Shown: in pieces, positions 12,401 through 20,056 of the stretch | How the letters are laid out: the number at the start of each line of letters is the position of its first letter | Position numbering within the stretch: position 1 is the first letter of the stretch | Virus record (IMG/VR): IMGVR_UViG_3300008218_000039 | Span: 1 to 26,791 of that record | Source of the DNA: a virus | Taxonomy: Duplodnaviria; Caudoviricetes | Strand: one strand, 5' to 3' | DNA: 26,791 nt | Made by a program: the position numbers and the translations under genes | Notes under the pieces: generated by a model | Database searches by the model: none | The model's input: only the letters and a program-made list of their open reading frames with translations | Told to the model about the DNA's origin: nothing

Positions 12401-15380
12401 TGGTATTAACTCTAATCTTGAAGGTGAGAGATTTATATTTAGAGATGGTAATGGTGTAGATGTAGTTATAGGTATGGAGGGTGGCAAGTTTAAATACTTC
12501 AGCACATTCTATGATAAGGTTGGTGAAGGTATTAACTATAGAGGTACTGATAAGGCTGGAGCAGATGTTTTCAATGATGCTAATATTAAGATGGATTCTA
12601 ATTCTCAACAGAAAGCTAAAAAGCAAATGGAAGAGCTTTCTAGATTAGTTAAGAAATATGACTTAAATTATAGAGATGTTTTTAGATTATTACAAGGAGA
12701 GGTAGTAAGTTCTACCGATAGCAAGGGTCTTATTACTTCATTTGATATGAAAGTTGATAAAGCTTTAAAAATGCAGTTTGGTCTTATGTCTCATGCTGTA
12801 CCAGTAGTTGGTCATGACAAAGTTATATTCCGTGTAGAGAAAATTATGGATAACATGGATGGATTAACTGAAGTTAATGTACATGATCTTCGTACTGTAA
12901 TGCAGAGGGATAATGATGGGGATCACTTATTTACTCATACAAAGTTACCTTGGGATGTATTTGTAGGATTTGCTAAAGAGAATGGCCGTAAAGATGACTT
13001 TAGAATGTTTGAAAGAGAACAAGTATTAGATCAGAACTATATAAATATATTTGGTATAGGTAATAATGGTAAGGTAGGAGAGAAGCCAGAGCAGGTTGGT
13101 TTTCATAGTTATGCTGCTAAATTACATAAAGCTAAGATGATGACTGGAACTATTATAGGTGCAAGAAATGCTATATCATGGCTTAATAGATTAGGCTTTA
13201 AGATGGGTAAGGATCCAGTATTAAAAGATTTCCTTGCTAATAAGGGTATGGATTCTTCTGAGTGGCAGACTTTAGATAAGTTCTATGATACTATACAGAA
13301 TGCTTTAGATATACATAGTGGTATACATGGAGCTATATCTAGTAAGCAGAAGCTTAGAGATTTCTTATTCTTTGGCCATGCAGAGAAGTATGCTGAACCT
13401 ACAGGGGATCCAGTATTTGATAAGCATAATCAACCAGGATTAGGATTCTTTAAAGATCCTAATTTTGGCAAGACTAGAATACAAAAAGAAATGTTCTATG
13501 AAATATTGAATACGTTAAAGAAAGCTAATATGATTCAAAATGAAACTTGGGATGAGAAGGGTAGTCGTGCTCCTGAGCCATTTGAAATTAAGAATGCTTA
13601 TTATGATATGAAGGGATTCTTCTCTAATCCTACTGGATATTTAGCTAAGAAACTTGCTAGAAAGATAGGTCGTGTTAGAGATAGGGATCAAAGAGATCTT
13701 CTAATGTCTGAATATGCAGATATGTTTTATGGTGACACTATAGATATAAGAAAGCGTCAAGGGAAAGGAAGTAGAGAGTCATTATATTTTGATATTCTAA
13801 AAGGAAATCATGATAGTATAATGAAAAAGATATTTAGCTTTGATAATATACCATCTGATGATCCTGCTTCTGCTTTCGATATGTCTATTGGTGGTCATGT
13901 AATGAAAAACTTACTTAAAACTAATGGATTTTGGGATGCAAACTATGAAGGCTTAGTAGAAAGAAGAGGTACTGGTGAAGAATTATTTAATAAGGCTGGA
14001 TTCTTTGTCAAAAATATAGAAAGCTTTGTAGAAACTGCACGTATGTTTGGGGATAAACCTCTTGAATTTATGAAAACAAATGATATAACTGTTGATACAT
14101 TTGATACTAGACCTGTATCTCCAGAGATAAGAAATGCTTTAAACAATGGTATACTTAAAGAATTAATACATCGTCAGCACAGAAATGTGATGGGAACTCT
14201 TGAATATTTTAGAGCTGAGAAGTTTGCTAATCCTGATAAGGTAGCAAAGCTACAGAATAGATTAGCTAACTTACAATCAGCTATGGATATAATGGATCAG
14301 CAGATAGCTAAGGATATGGTTATTGATAGACCTGATACTCAGATTATGAATATAAAGAAATCAGGAGAGAAAAACTTTAAGTATTTAGAAAAGGGTAAGA
14401 AGGTATCTGTATATAGGATTAGGGGAGATGTTAAAGTTATAGAAGAACCTGCAGAGGGTGCAAAGCCTAGTTTATTTACTCATGGTGTAGATGGTAAGCG
14501 ATTAAATTATGGTCAGTTAGAATTTGTAGGTACATTTGATAATAAAGGTAAGATGAGAGTTCAAGAGGGCTATACATATGTCGTTGATAGAAAGCCTAAG
14601 AAGATGATATCTCAGACTGGCAATGAAGCTAGATATTCTCAAGCATTATTTAAAGCTACATACGGTAATGAGATTACACCTGAAAGATTTATTAAAGAAA
14701 ATGTAAATGATTTTAGAGATGATGTGCGTCAACTTAGAGCTTCTATTAGTATGGACTATATTAAGACTGTACAGAATGCTTTATCTAGCAGAGTATTGAG
14801 TGATGGATTGTTTGCTCTGCAGCAAGCTAAGGAAGGTAGAGCTATAGCTGAGTTTATGGAACGTTGGGAACCATCTATATCAGGCGGTGACCCAATAAAG
14901 TTATTACTTAGGTATCTATTACAACCTCAACTCACACCTTCATCTTATTATAGAGATGCTCAAGGTCATGAGATGCCTGCATATAAAACTAATGAACATT
15001 TATATAAAACAGTTATGCAATGGGCAGAGAATAATGGTCAGAGAGAATTTGTTAAAGAACTCGTTAAAGATGTAGAGCATTTTGCTTCCGGCAGAGATAC
15101 TGAGATTGACATTAGCAGTTATGAAAGAGGTAGAATGGATCGGTTTGATTACTCACAACTTGGAGATATGGCTAATCCAGTTAGATCTTTAGCTAAGCAT
15201 TTGAATTTATTCTTTGCTTCACCAATATTAAATGATAAATTAAAGCAGGTGATTCCAAGAGGAAAGGGTAAAACTGAGACAGTAATAGGTAGGGATGGTC
15301 AAAAGATACCTATACGTAGAGTACCTAATAAGGATGAGTACTGGAATATACAAACAGATCAAACAGGTGAAGGTTGCTAA
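6459..15380 (+). CDS. Giant virion protein containing a single-chain two-barrel (DPBB) RNA polymerase, putative virion RNAP, 2973 aa
   Basis: Catalytic-type DNDGD at aa 2151-2155 (nt 12909-12923). Upstream are LLDGGKFAS (D1684), LGKGYL (K1730) and IMLGESSAK (K1757); downstream are MTGTII and QNALDIHSG. This is the motif order of QDE-1/YonO/crAss-like RNAPs. Gly/Ala hydrophobic N-terminus; AGGAG RBS. Confidence 0.8.
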   Translation: MPLPKEYYDILKTGDKPFNPPTQPSPTGLYFGPEDATEEAASAWGGVGDFLWSAGTGFTSGMTWGLTDLAGVTGQEPWEEMTGTEKAGWILGEGASFFAPWGPFGLLGKGSKALAKGANKFVGKAAGEAAETGIARLTGETGKAVAKAMEKGTQFSDDVVAGLNKVAKDDLGVRWIKDLSATGKAALDASDNLTMAGTRAVQKAFKDGGIPDIATADAARIAGEFVESIKGGTYVNDVAEWVTRGLAGRIPDTATGFMSKYLGMVAQDMMFMGLHGLGSGKIKALANGEDFDATGALSHAGLMSLGFPLIRKIPNLAGMGQGGMVTASQGIKAYMNQFKKTNYKAIQEMHGDDVVKNMLKVMVRGEKKNLWSRSQLDDAHWKAGGKVYKSAEEIERALPKMKIDDTITLLNKMNKTVNQEIMKKWGPEFILDTIGSVPRMGLGILAMNPWVVNKDAWGSMEGPELASHLFMAAVMTRGRGAWGHAQQRAYFADFTPYHEALNLLGVNTKNVKDILRFHDGKHPYEGMGVALGTHEVGVEMVDIFDTALKTAESRPNARDFSNPDHALVVDMANLYNVIKKSADPNFKPIKAQTLDSKTLNTLAHRLSGIKFADGNSIGEIGYEGSLVRLTLEPAKRGLEVYKQMLSELGRLGYGVSVTEDGRVTGTHIMSNKEGKPIDDANTFNRVLDALAGINEATVRSGIDVTSEASNYERIVKRSGLTEPEFNLRTREIIDQHMDVLGREYGDKNIYRDPVESNPIWEFFKQAKGIEAAERVYNIATGKFPAGDPTGDKILTENMDSLFMLTDRKYAASIDQYKGLIKNLIKDPKTDKEKEANEVIVEHINDMRQLFNIRKKILGVSSKDVSEKGSISAEGLSIVQGKWKDIFGSLPREWKQNWDAHTKQLYIERVFKGRGFDRRAVNLISFMSEHNLVLPDAEGKINMPSKKAMMDELSGRKMSKKELDQYERALDTIKKVLGEDVVTEIDWAFTETGKRQLESVDVRDYLKAAKMLGNEMYADLLVNTQAVLGEIAAVSSGTRQRVHEIYNKTTDLLDTLDPASGKKPVADPIKEINNLKEELISLERVARNKDSKDELGQAIVQLHKLIDAIDPATRKFNISPKKTLTETEQLSGDEFGIHDALTRPLQTTIEKIFNREYEAVNKLQELVVKLENLSSLGKAGLGLDKSDTMRIIEDMSRQWHEIYKNKTGDHTKVLSELIADVNKKGFFGDALTLLESVDARINREVILKNEHSPLNEDGVRMSEALENAYKTHEHHRSVTEILKDYGLVDKDGKIDESFRNAVTANPRKALLDNVKPKIYAQTDKSITQKDREWRKFKENDAIELLTNIYNSKPINRVKILGITRDGKQRGIVEFNNNAPHIQHPNTQYFSDKGFKVHWIDDTMSVDIGIDGKLRNASIDSFNNPDLIQKFLNEALRTDNITKEILDGFKSIDHGISEKDVRKILKNPTDYVFYLRLSPMDKMMFVATDKNLKLMDTEFETWYNDTAGRLKGKNKTTFESMFKDLLEKPNTSRAIVELKMLLPYLDHAGKRSEVDKMIAEYAGDANPQTLAKIQANMYKRGFLSDGGTTQPMRTEVLRWVQGHHPNKDVRDEAKRIIRNGGFVVGVIGDKAAEGEGGRAHPLNIESLELGQLQVIGNQASGLIKELALAQQRSLGDMPSLLNSLLDGGKFASEKVTKLVMAQKGMLDTDFSNSPNGAKTIIFATGNNQMLGKGYLIYHPDIAAQMPKDVDIMLGESSAKTYSGIAVDGNPLSPHDISQAGPKWQSSIKNMGNGNKMLMPVESLGISFTSKSESGVAISPSIFDFQSPATIDKAITWMGFESKLREIGVQWNTVHRDGAKLAEWLYEIGQSEGNPLDKGDTGLSKLLFEYGAMPNNPLVQKALRRLLRSSNYKHLGKVPNQGGGEDNFIVPNIDGKLSIPLYADLHGAPAFPGDTVTKDRIDRVSVNYGGIGLNKHTGGRQLGNGINSNLEGERFIFRDGNGVDVVIGMEGGKFKYFSTFYDKVGEGINYRGTDKAGADVFNDANIKMDSNSQQKAKKQMEELSRLVKKYDLNYRDVFRLLQGEVVSSTDSKGLITSFDMKVDKALKMQFGLMSHAVPVVGHDKVIFRVEKIMDNMDGLTEVNVHDLRTVMQRDNDGDHLFTHTKLPWDVFVGFAKENGRKDDFRMFEREQVLDQNYINIFGIGNNGKVGEKPEQVGFHSYAAKLHKAKMMTGTIIGARNAISWLNRLGFKMGKDPVLKDFLANKGMDSSEWQTLDKFYDTIQNALDIHSGIHGAISSKQKLRDFLFFGHAEKYAEPTGDPVFDKHNQPGLGFFKDPNFGKTRIQKEMFYEILNTLKKANMIQNETWDEKGSRAPEPFEIKNAYYDMKGFFSNPTGYLAKKLARKIGRVRDRDQRDLLMSEYADMFYGDTIDIRKRQGKGSRESLYFDILKGNHDSIMKKIFSFDNIPSDDPASAFDMSIGGHVMKNLLKTNGFWDANYEGLVERRGTGEELFNKAGFFVKNIESFVETARMFGDKPLEFMKTNDITVDTFDTRPVSPEIRNALNNGILKELIHRQHRNVMGTLEYFRAEKFANPDKVAKLQNRLANLQSAMDIMDQQIAKDMVIDRPDTQIMNIKKSGEKNFKYLEKGKKVSVYRIRGDVKVIEEPAEGAKPSLFTHGVDGKRLNYGQLEFVGTFDNKGKMRVQEGYTYVVDRKPKKMISQTGNEARYSQALFKATYGNEITPERFIKENVNDFRDDVRQLRASISMDYIKTVQNALSSRVLSDGLFALQQAKEGRAIAEFMERWEPSISGGDPIKLLLRYLLQPQLTPSSYYRDAQGHEMPAYKTNEHLYKTVMQWAENNGQREFVKELVKDVEHFASGRDTEIDISSYERGRMDRFDYSQLGDMANPVRSLAKHLNLFFASPILNDKLKQVIPRGKGKTETVIGRDGQKIPIRRVPNKDEYWNIQTDQTGEGC

Positions 15381-15485
15381 ATGAAAAATAACGAAAAAGT
15401 TATAGCATATATACCAGCTTTTGAACTTTGTTTAAGAAAGTCGACCCACCCAGCGTGTAAAATTTTGAAACCTAAAGGAGCTTAA
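15381..15485 (+). CDS. Unannotated 34-aa two-cysteine peptide MKNNEKVIAYIPAFELCLRKSTHPACKILKPKGA
   Basis: Its ATG immediately follows the giant's TAA and its TAA immediately precedes the next ATG, exactly filling the 105-nt gap in frame. AGGTGAAGG upstream is a possible RBS. Confidence 0.55.
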   Translation: MKNNEKVIAYIPAFELCLRKSTHPACKILKPKGA

Positions 15486-18101
15486 ATGGGCTTATGTAAT
15501 GTAACTAGTATGACTAAGCAACAGCGTATGGATGCTATGAGTGATATCTATAATTACTGGATATCTAAAAGAAATATAGTGGGCAGATTTTCTGATGGGC
15601 GTAGGGGATATAATGCTGAATCTTCTGCAAAAAATATGAAATGGCTTATAGAACAACGCTTAGAGAAACCTTGGGATTCTGATAGTCCTCTAACTAAAGC
15701 AGATTATAGACGTATTAAAGTAGAGATAGATGCTTTTGATAGTGCTCTAGGTGGTAAATTTAGCAATCTAGCCTTTATAGTACCTGAAGGTATATCTAAA
15801 CAGGATCCTACATCTAGAAAGTTTTACTTAAAATTAAATGATATATTAAATTATGAACGTGTTCAGATAAATAAAGTCCTCACATCTAATGCTTATATAG
15901 CTAATCATATGCTTGATGCTTATATGATGGAACATGGTGGTAAGAAAGATTTAGCTACTAAAGAACTTAGAGAATTACGTAAGGAAATGGCTAATGCAGA
16001 TCCCAATGAACATGTGCAGGCAGAGTTTATTGGCAAGCTAGAAAGCTTTGTTGCTAGTGACAAGGGAAAAACTATTAGAGAGTTTATTGAACTTGTCCAA
16101 ATGGATAATGATACATTTACTAGTGCACGTAAGCCTAGTTATAGAAATGAAAAAGGTGATCTTACAGATTACAATCCACATGTGTATAAAGCTGTAGAAA
16201 GAGCTAGGGATAATCTTAAATCTATGGGTTCAGTATATACTAATGGGCTTCTAGGACTTCAGAAGATTATTGCTTTAAAGTATACTAATAGTACTGATGT
16301 TAATGCTGCTAAAGCTGATAAGACGGCTGGGAGAATGATAGAAATCATTGATGAATCTATAACTGATATTAAAAAAGGTAATGATCGTGGTGGTTATTTT
16401 CCTCAAGTTCAGTTTGAAACTATGATGCAGATTAAAGATAGGCTGTCTAAGGCTATGAATGCTAATCTTATTAATAGAGATTATGCTTTTGCTGACGTGG
16501 TTGATAATGTAATTGCTGGGATAGATATCAATAAGATTCCAGCACATGCTCAAAAACGTAATCCACTTCTTGATAAGTACTGGGAGAAGGATCCTCTCAT
16601 GGTTTTAAAAGAATATGGAGATCAAGCAGCTCAATTCAATAAGATGATATCTACACAGGTAACATATCTTGATGCTTTAAAGAATCTACCTAAATCAGAT
16701 GCTCAATTCCAAAAAGGATTGAGAAGATTTATTGATGAGGAATATACTGTATTCACACAGGGTACTTCTGGTCGTCCTGATTGGGCAAATAAAGCCGTTA
16801 CTACACTTAATGCATTTCAAACAGCTAGAACAATGGGACTTAATATTACAGGTGCTGTTAAGAATGCTGCTAGTGCTATACATTTTTACAGTAGAGTAGG
16901 GATTAGTGCTCTTACTAATACTCGTAAAGCGATGTCTCATGATAGGCAATTTCAGGAAATGGTTAGTAGGGCTGAAGAAGAAGCAGGATTCTTATTTACG
17001 GATGTAGCTAAAGAATTATATACTGAGGGATTAATAACTAGAAAAGATCTTCAAAGTGGTAAAATAGAATTTGATCCTCTTACTGGCAAGATTACAATGG
17101 AAGGAAGTCCATTATCTGATAAACTTAAAAGTGTTGGTAAATGGACATTAGATAAAGGTTTGTACTTTCATAGGCTTACTGAGAATAGTCAACGTAAATG
17201 GATGTTCAGGACAGCTTTACATAAGAAATATACACAGCTTGTTAATGATGGTTATCCTCCAGATAAAGCACAACAGTTTTCTACAACATATGCTTTAAAG
17301 ATGGTTAATAGTTGGGCATATGAGTATGCAGCTCATGCTAAAGCTAAAGCTGTACGTGGAGAATGGAGAACTGTTGAAGAAATTCAAGATGGTAAGATAG
17401 TAAAGAAATTAGAAGGTGGTGCTGGTGCCATGTCTGAGGTAGCATTTCACTTACTACATTATCCTATGTCTTTAATGGAAACTCATTATGATGCTTTAAA
17501 AGGTATCCATAAATCATTACTTGCTAGACAAGGATTAGAATCAGAAGAGATACAATATGCTATGCGTTATGCAGGTGTATCAGGACTTGTAGCTTTAGGA
17601 TCTGTTCTTGCTAATATAGATTTTAGTAATGTATTAGAGAATGAAAGTGTTGACCGTATGAAACGTGTGGTTGATGATCTTACTCAGTATGATAATCCAG
17701 ATAGAGGTACATTTGGACTTATGGGTGAATTTACAGGGCCAACTCTTGGTACAGTCAAACATCTTATGATAGCTAATGAGATTATAGATATAGATAATAG
17801 CACTCTTAATAAAATATTATTTGGTAATGTGGATTTCTCTGATCCTAATGACTCTATGGCTGAAAGATTTAATGCTTATCAATGGTCTACATTCTGGGGT
17901 ACTACAAAGAATAAGATTGCTCCAGCTATAGCAGCTGGTAGGGGTAGGGATCTTTTAACACACTATCTCAAACTCTATCCTGCTACTTGGACTAAGAAAG
18001 GTCATGAAGCTGTATTTGGTAAGAAGTCTAAGAAGAAACAGAAGAAAAGAGCTACTAATGTTGATAGAGCTTTAGCAGTACTTGAAGGTATGCGTAGGTA
18101 G
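15486..18101 (+). CDS. Putative internal virion/ejectosome protein, 871 aa
   Basis: Helical protein with a hydrophobic segment (YAGVSGLVALGSVLANI) and a basic C-terminal tail (KKSKKKQKKR). It is the last gene of the virion block, has an AAAGGAG RBS and a single Cys at position 4. Confidence 0.6.
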   Translation: MGLCNVTSMTKQQRMDAMSDIYNYWISKRNIVGRFSDGRRGYNAESSAKNMKWLIEQRLEKPWDSDSPLTKADYRRIKVEIDAFDSALGGKFSNLAFIVPEGISKQDPTSRKFYLKLNDILNYERVQINKVLTSNAYIANHMLDAYMMEHGGKKDLATKELRELRKEMANADPNEHVQAEFIGKLESFVASDKGKTIREFIELVQMDNDTFTSARKPSYRNEKGDLTDYNPHVYKAVERARDNLKSMGSVYTNGLLGLQKIIALKYTNSTDVNAAKADKTAGRMIEIIDESITDIKKGNDRGGYFPQVQFETMMQIKDRLSKAMNANLINRDYAFADVVDNVIAGIDINKIPAHAQKRNPLLDKYWEKDPLMVLKEYGDQAAQFNKMISTQVTYLDALKNLPKSDAQFQKGLRRFIDEEYTVFTQGTSGRPDWANKAVTTLNAFQTARTMGLNITGAVKNAASAIHFYSRVGISALTNTRKAMSHDRQFQEMVSRAEEEAGFLFTDVAKELYTEGLITRKDLQSGKIEFDPLTGKITMEGSPLSDKLKSVGKWTLDKGLYFHRLTENSQRKWMFRTALHKKYTQLVNDGYPPDKAQQFSTTYALKMVNSWAYEYAAHAKAKAVRGEWRTVEEIQDGKIVKKLEGGAGAMSEVAFHLLHYPMSLMETHYDALKGIHKSLLARQGLESEEIQYAMRYAGVSGLVALGSVLANIDFSNVLENESVDRMKRVVDDLTQYDNPDRGTFGLMGEFTGPTLGTVKHLMIANEIIDIDNSTLNKILFGNVDFSDPNDSMAERFNAYQWSTFWGTTKNKIAPAIAAGRGRDLLTHYLKLYPATWTKKGHEAVFGKKSKKKQKKRATNVDRALAVLEGMRR

Positions 18102-18127
18102 AATGGAGATATACCACCTACGCCTTC
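18084..18127. terminator. Hairpin at the convergence of the two gene blocks (possible terminator or processing site)
   Basis: GCGTAGGT (18092-18099) pairs perfectly with ACCTACGC (18116-18123) and extends via GAAG/CTTC. There is no clear U-tract. Confidence 0.35.
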
Positions 18128-18136
18128 CTCATCTTC

Positions 18137-18316
18137 CTAGTCTCTAAATAGACTTCTATTTTTTCCAATTCCAAATGTCAATTGTACTGGCCACATGGTG
18201 AAGTTAATTTCTATATCTTCATTGTATGAAAATACTTCAATTCCAAATGGTGCTATAAAAATACTAGCATAATCCTTATTAATATCTCCACCTAAATATT
18301 TATTACCAAATTCCAC
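18137..18316 (-). CDS. Hypothetical protein (likely GTG start at 18316, about 59 aa)
   Basis: GGAGG RBS upstream of the GTG, which overlaps the resolvase stop (TAGTG). The track start at 18361 lies inside the resolvase. Confidence 0.5.
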   Translation of the reverse strand: MEFGNKYLGGDINKDYASIFIAPFGIEVFSYNEDIEINFTMWPVQLTFGIGKNRSLFRD

Positions 18317-18639
18317 TACCTGTCCTCCGGCATTGAACAAATGAATCTTTCTTCTAACCAATCATCGAATCTCATAATAATAAGTGTTTCACCTCTGTCT
18401 TGTTTACATACTACAGCATCTACATGTTCAGTGGGTACAAGAAAAGATGCTAATTTCTTTCTACATTTAGCTTGAATCTTAAAATCATCTCCCATTAGGA
18501 CATCAACCTCTTCATGCATACCGAGAGAAGCACCATTGCTCCCCCATGCACGCTTACATTTATTGAATCCTGAACTCAGAACTGTATTAACTATTTCTCT
18601 TTCAAACCGGTTGCCTTTGGCTTTGCTTGGACTTGGCAT
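18316..18639 (-). CDS. Holliday junction resolvase-like PD-(D/E)XK nuclease, 107 aa
   Basis: SKAKGNRFEREIV...DVL....IQAK is the Hjc-type pattern common in phages. Confidence 0.75.
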   Translation of the reverse strand: MPSPSKAKGNRFEREIVNTVLSSGFNKCKRAWGSNGASLGMHEEVDVLMGDDFKIQAKCRKKLASFLVPTEHVDAVVCKQDRGETLIIMRFDDWLEERFICSMPEDR

Positions 18640-18883
18640 TATTTAATTCCTTTCTTAATTTAGCTGTGAATCGTTTCATGGCAGCATCAGCTTCTTTCGA
18701 TGCTTGATGAAACCTAGCACTTATTGGTTGATTTTTAATTGTGATTGGTTTATTTAATTTAGCTTCAAGTTCTTCTATTTTATCAAGTAAAGCATTATTA
18801 TCTTTAGTTAATTTATCTATAATTTCAATAGCATTTTCAAAGTTAAATCGTAAATAATTACCTAAATCACCATCTCTTTCCAT
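18602..18883 (-). CDS. Hypothetical coiled-coil protein, 93 aa
   Basis: ORF in the operon, coupled to the upstream gene by TAATG, with a heptad pattern. Confidence 0.55.
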   Translation of the reverse strand: MERDGDLGNYLRFNFENAIEIIDKLTKDNNALLDKIEELEAKLNKPITIKNQPISARFHQASKEADAAMKRFTAKLRKELNNAKSKQSQRQPV

Positions 18884-19104
18884 TATAGACCCATCCTGCC
18901 CATTATTCTTTTAATTTTACCAGCAAGGTCAGATATAGATAGCTCTACTTCATTAACTCTTTCGCTTAAATCAGCTAACTTGTTACCAAGATAGTCAACA
19001 TCTAGCTTTACTTCTTTAGAAAGTGGTGGTGTTTTAATTTCCATCCCTGGTATAGATCCTTTACGTCCTGCATACTTTTCTTTTACTGCTGCTTTTTTAG
19101 CCAT
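18883..19104 (-). CDS. Hypothetical protein, 73 aa
   Basis: AAAGGA RBS, basic N-terminus, coiled-coil C-terminus. Confidence 0.55.
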   Translation of the reverse strand: MAKKAAVKEKYAGRKGSIPGMEIKTPPLSKEVKLDVDYLGNKLADLSERVNEVELSISDLAGKIKRIMGRMGL

Positions 19105-19313
19105 TTCTTAGTCCTTTCATTTATTATATTTTCTAACTTAGTACGTTTGCCATGTTCTCTTTTGGCACACTTATTGCAAATCCTTTGTTCTTCATAAGGA
19201 TGTTTTGGAAGAATGGCAAAGTTACCCCAAATATATACATCTTGTGCTTTTGTGATGCGGCACATATAGCACTTGAAATATGTTCTAGATAACTTTGCAT
19301 TTATTCCATACAT
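19083..19313 (-). CDS. Small zinc-finger-like protein, 76 aa
   Basis: CYMC...CNKC pair of CxxC motifs. Confidence 0.55.
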   Translation of the reverse strand: MYGINAKLSRTYFKCYMCRITKAQDVYIWGNFAILPKHPYEEQRICNKCAKREHGKRTKLENIINERTKKWLKKQQ

Positions 19314-19392
19314 AATGTAAAGAGATACATTGTAGAGTTGAGTCTTTTATTTACCATTCTACATCCGTAGATTTGTATCTCAATTAAATGTA

Positions 19393-19650
19393 TTAGAGAC
19401 ATTCATCTCCAGTACATTGATATCCTGGAAGATCCTTATTATATTCATCAGCAGTAGTAGGTTCATAGTCATCTTCATCCATCATTTCAATTAGATGAGC
19501 TGCTAAATATACAGCACAATCAAGTGCTTCTTCAAGAGCTTCCTGAACAAAATCCCTACCATCTGAGGAGATATTTTCCTTACCATATCTCTTCTTTCCT
19601 TTATCAAGACGTTGCTCTATCAAATTAAGTATTTGTTTATTTATGTTCAT
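19393..19650 (-). CDS. All-alpha NTP pyrophosphatase-like (MazG-type fold) phage protein, 85 aa
   Basis: R..KG.KRYG...D..QEALEEALDCAVYL acidic helix motif. A GGAGAG RBS supports the start at 19650 rather than 19710. Confidence 0.5.
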   Translation of the reverse strand: MNINKQILNLIEQRLDKGKKRYGKENISSDGRDFVQEALEEALDCAVYLAAHLIEMMDEDDYEPTTADEYNKDLPGYQCTGDECL

Positions 19651-20056
19651 TGTTCTCTCCTGTATTATAAATACGCCATTTTTCAATAGGAACATCATAG
19701 AAATATTCACCTTCTGGTACTGATTTATTGGGAACTTCTATTAGATTATATTGCCTAATGACTTCTGATCTACAAAACATTATTTTATCAAAGTCTTTAT
19801 TAACTACTGCATATACTATACTATGCTTTAAAAACTTTTCCTTTCTTGCTGGTATATGTACAGTTTTAAATGGAAATTCATCTATCCATATCTCACGTCT
19901 TTCAACTTCATAACGAGGAACTACAATATCTATACCATACTTATCAGGATTTTCCATAGCATCTAATCCCTTTGATTTAAGAAAATTAATTACTAAATCT
20001 TTTGCAGGTTTGTCATTAGTAGCATGACTTTCTTTGTTAAATTCTTTATATATCAT
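19637..20056 (-). CDS. Putative PD-(D/E)XK-like nuclease, 139 aa
   Basis: NPDKYGIDIV..YEVE pattern; AAGGAG RBS. Confidence 0.45.
   Translation of the reverse strand: MIYKEFNKESHATNDKPAKDLVINFLKSKGLDAMENPDKYGIDIVVPRYEVERREIWIDEFPFKTVHIPARKEKFLKHSIVYAVVNKDFDKIMFCRSEVIRQYNLIEVPNKSVPEGEYFYDVPIEKWRIYNTGENNEHK

Noticed and set aside
6459-15380. N4-type (T7-like single-subunit) virion RNAP or tape-measure identity for the giant protein
   Set aside because: I found no convincing T7-family motif set or tape-measure repeats; the ordered motifs fit a two-barrel enzyme better.
6680-16949. Short antisense or alternative-frame ORFs inside the giant and 871-aa genes (e.g. 6680-7087, 11085-11372, 16275-16553)
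   Set aside because: They are shadow ORFs of long, codon-biased genes with no RBS or motif support.
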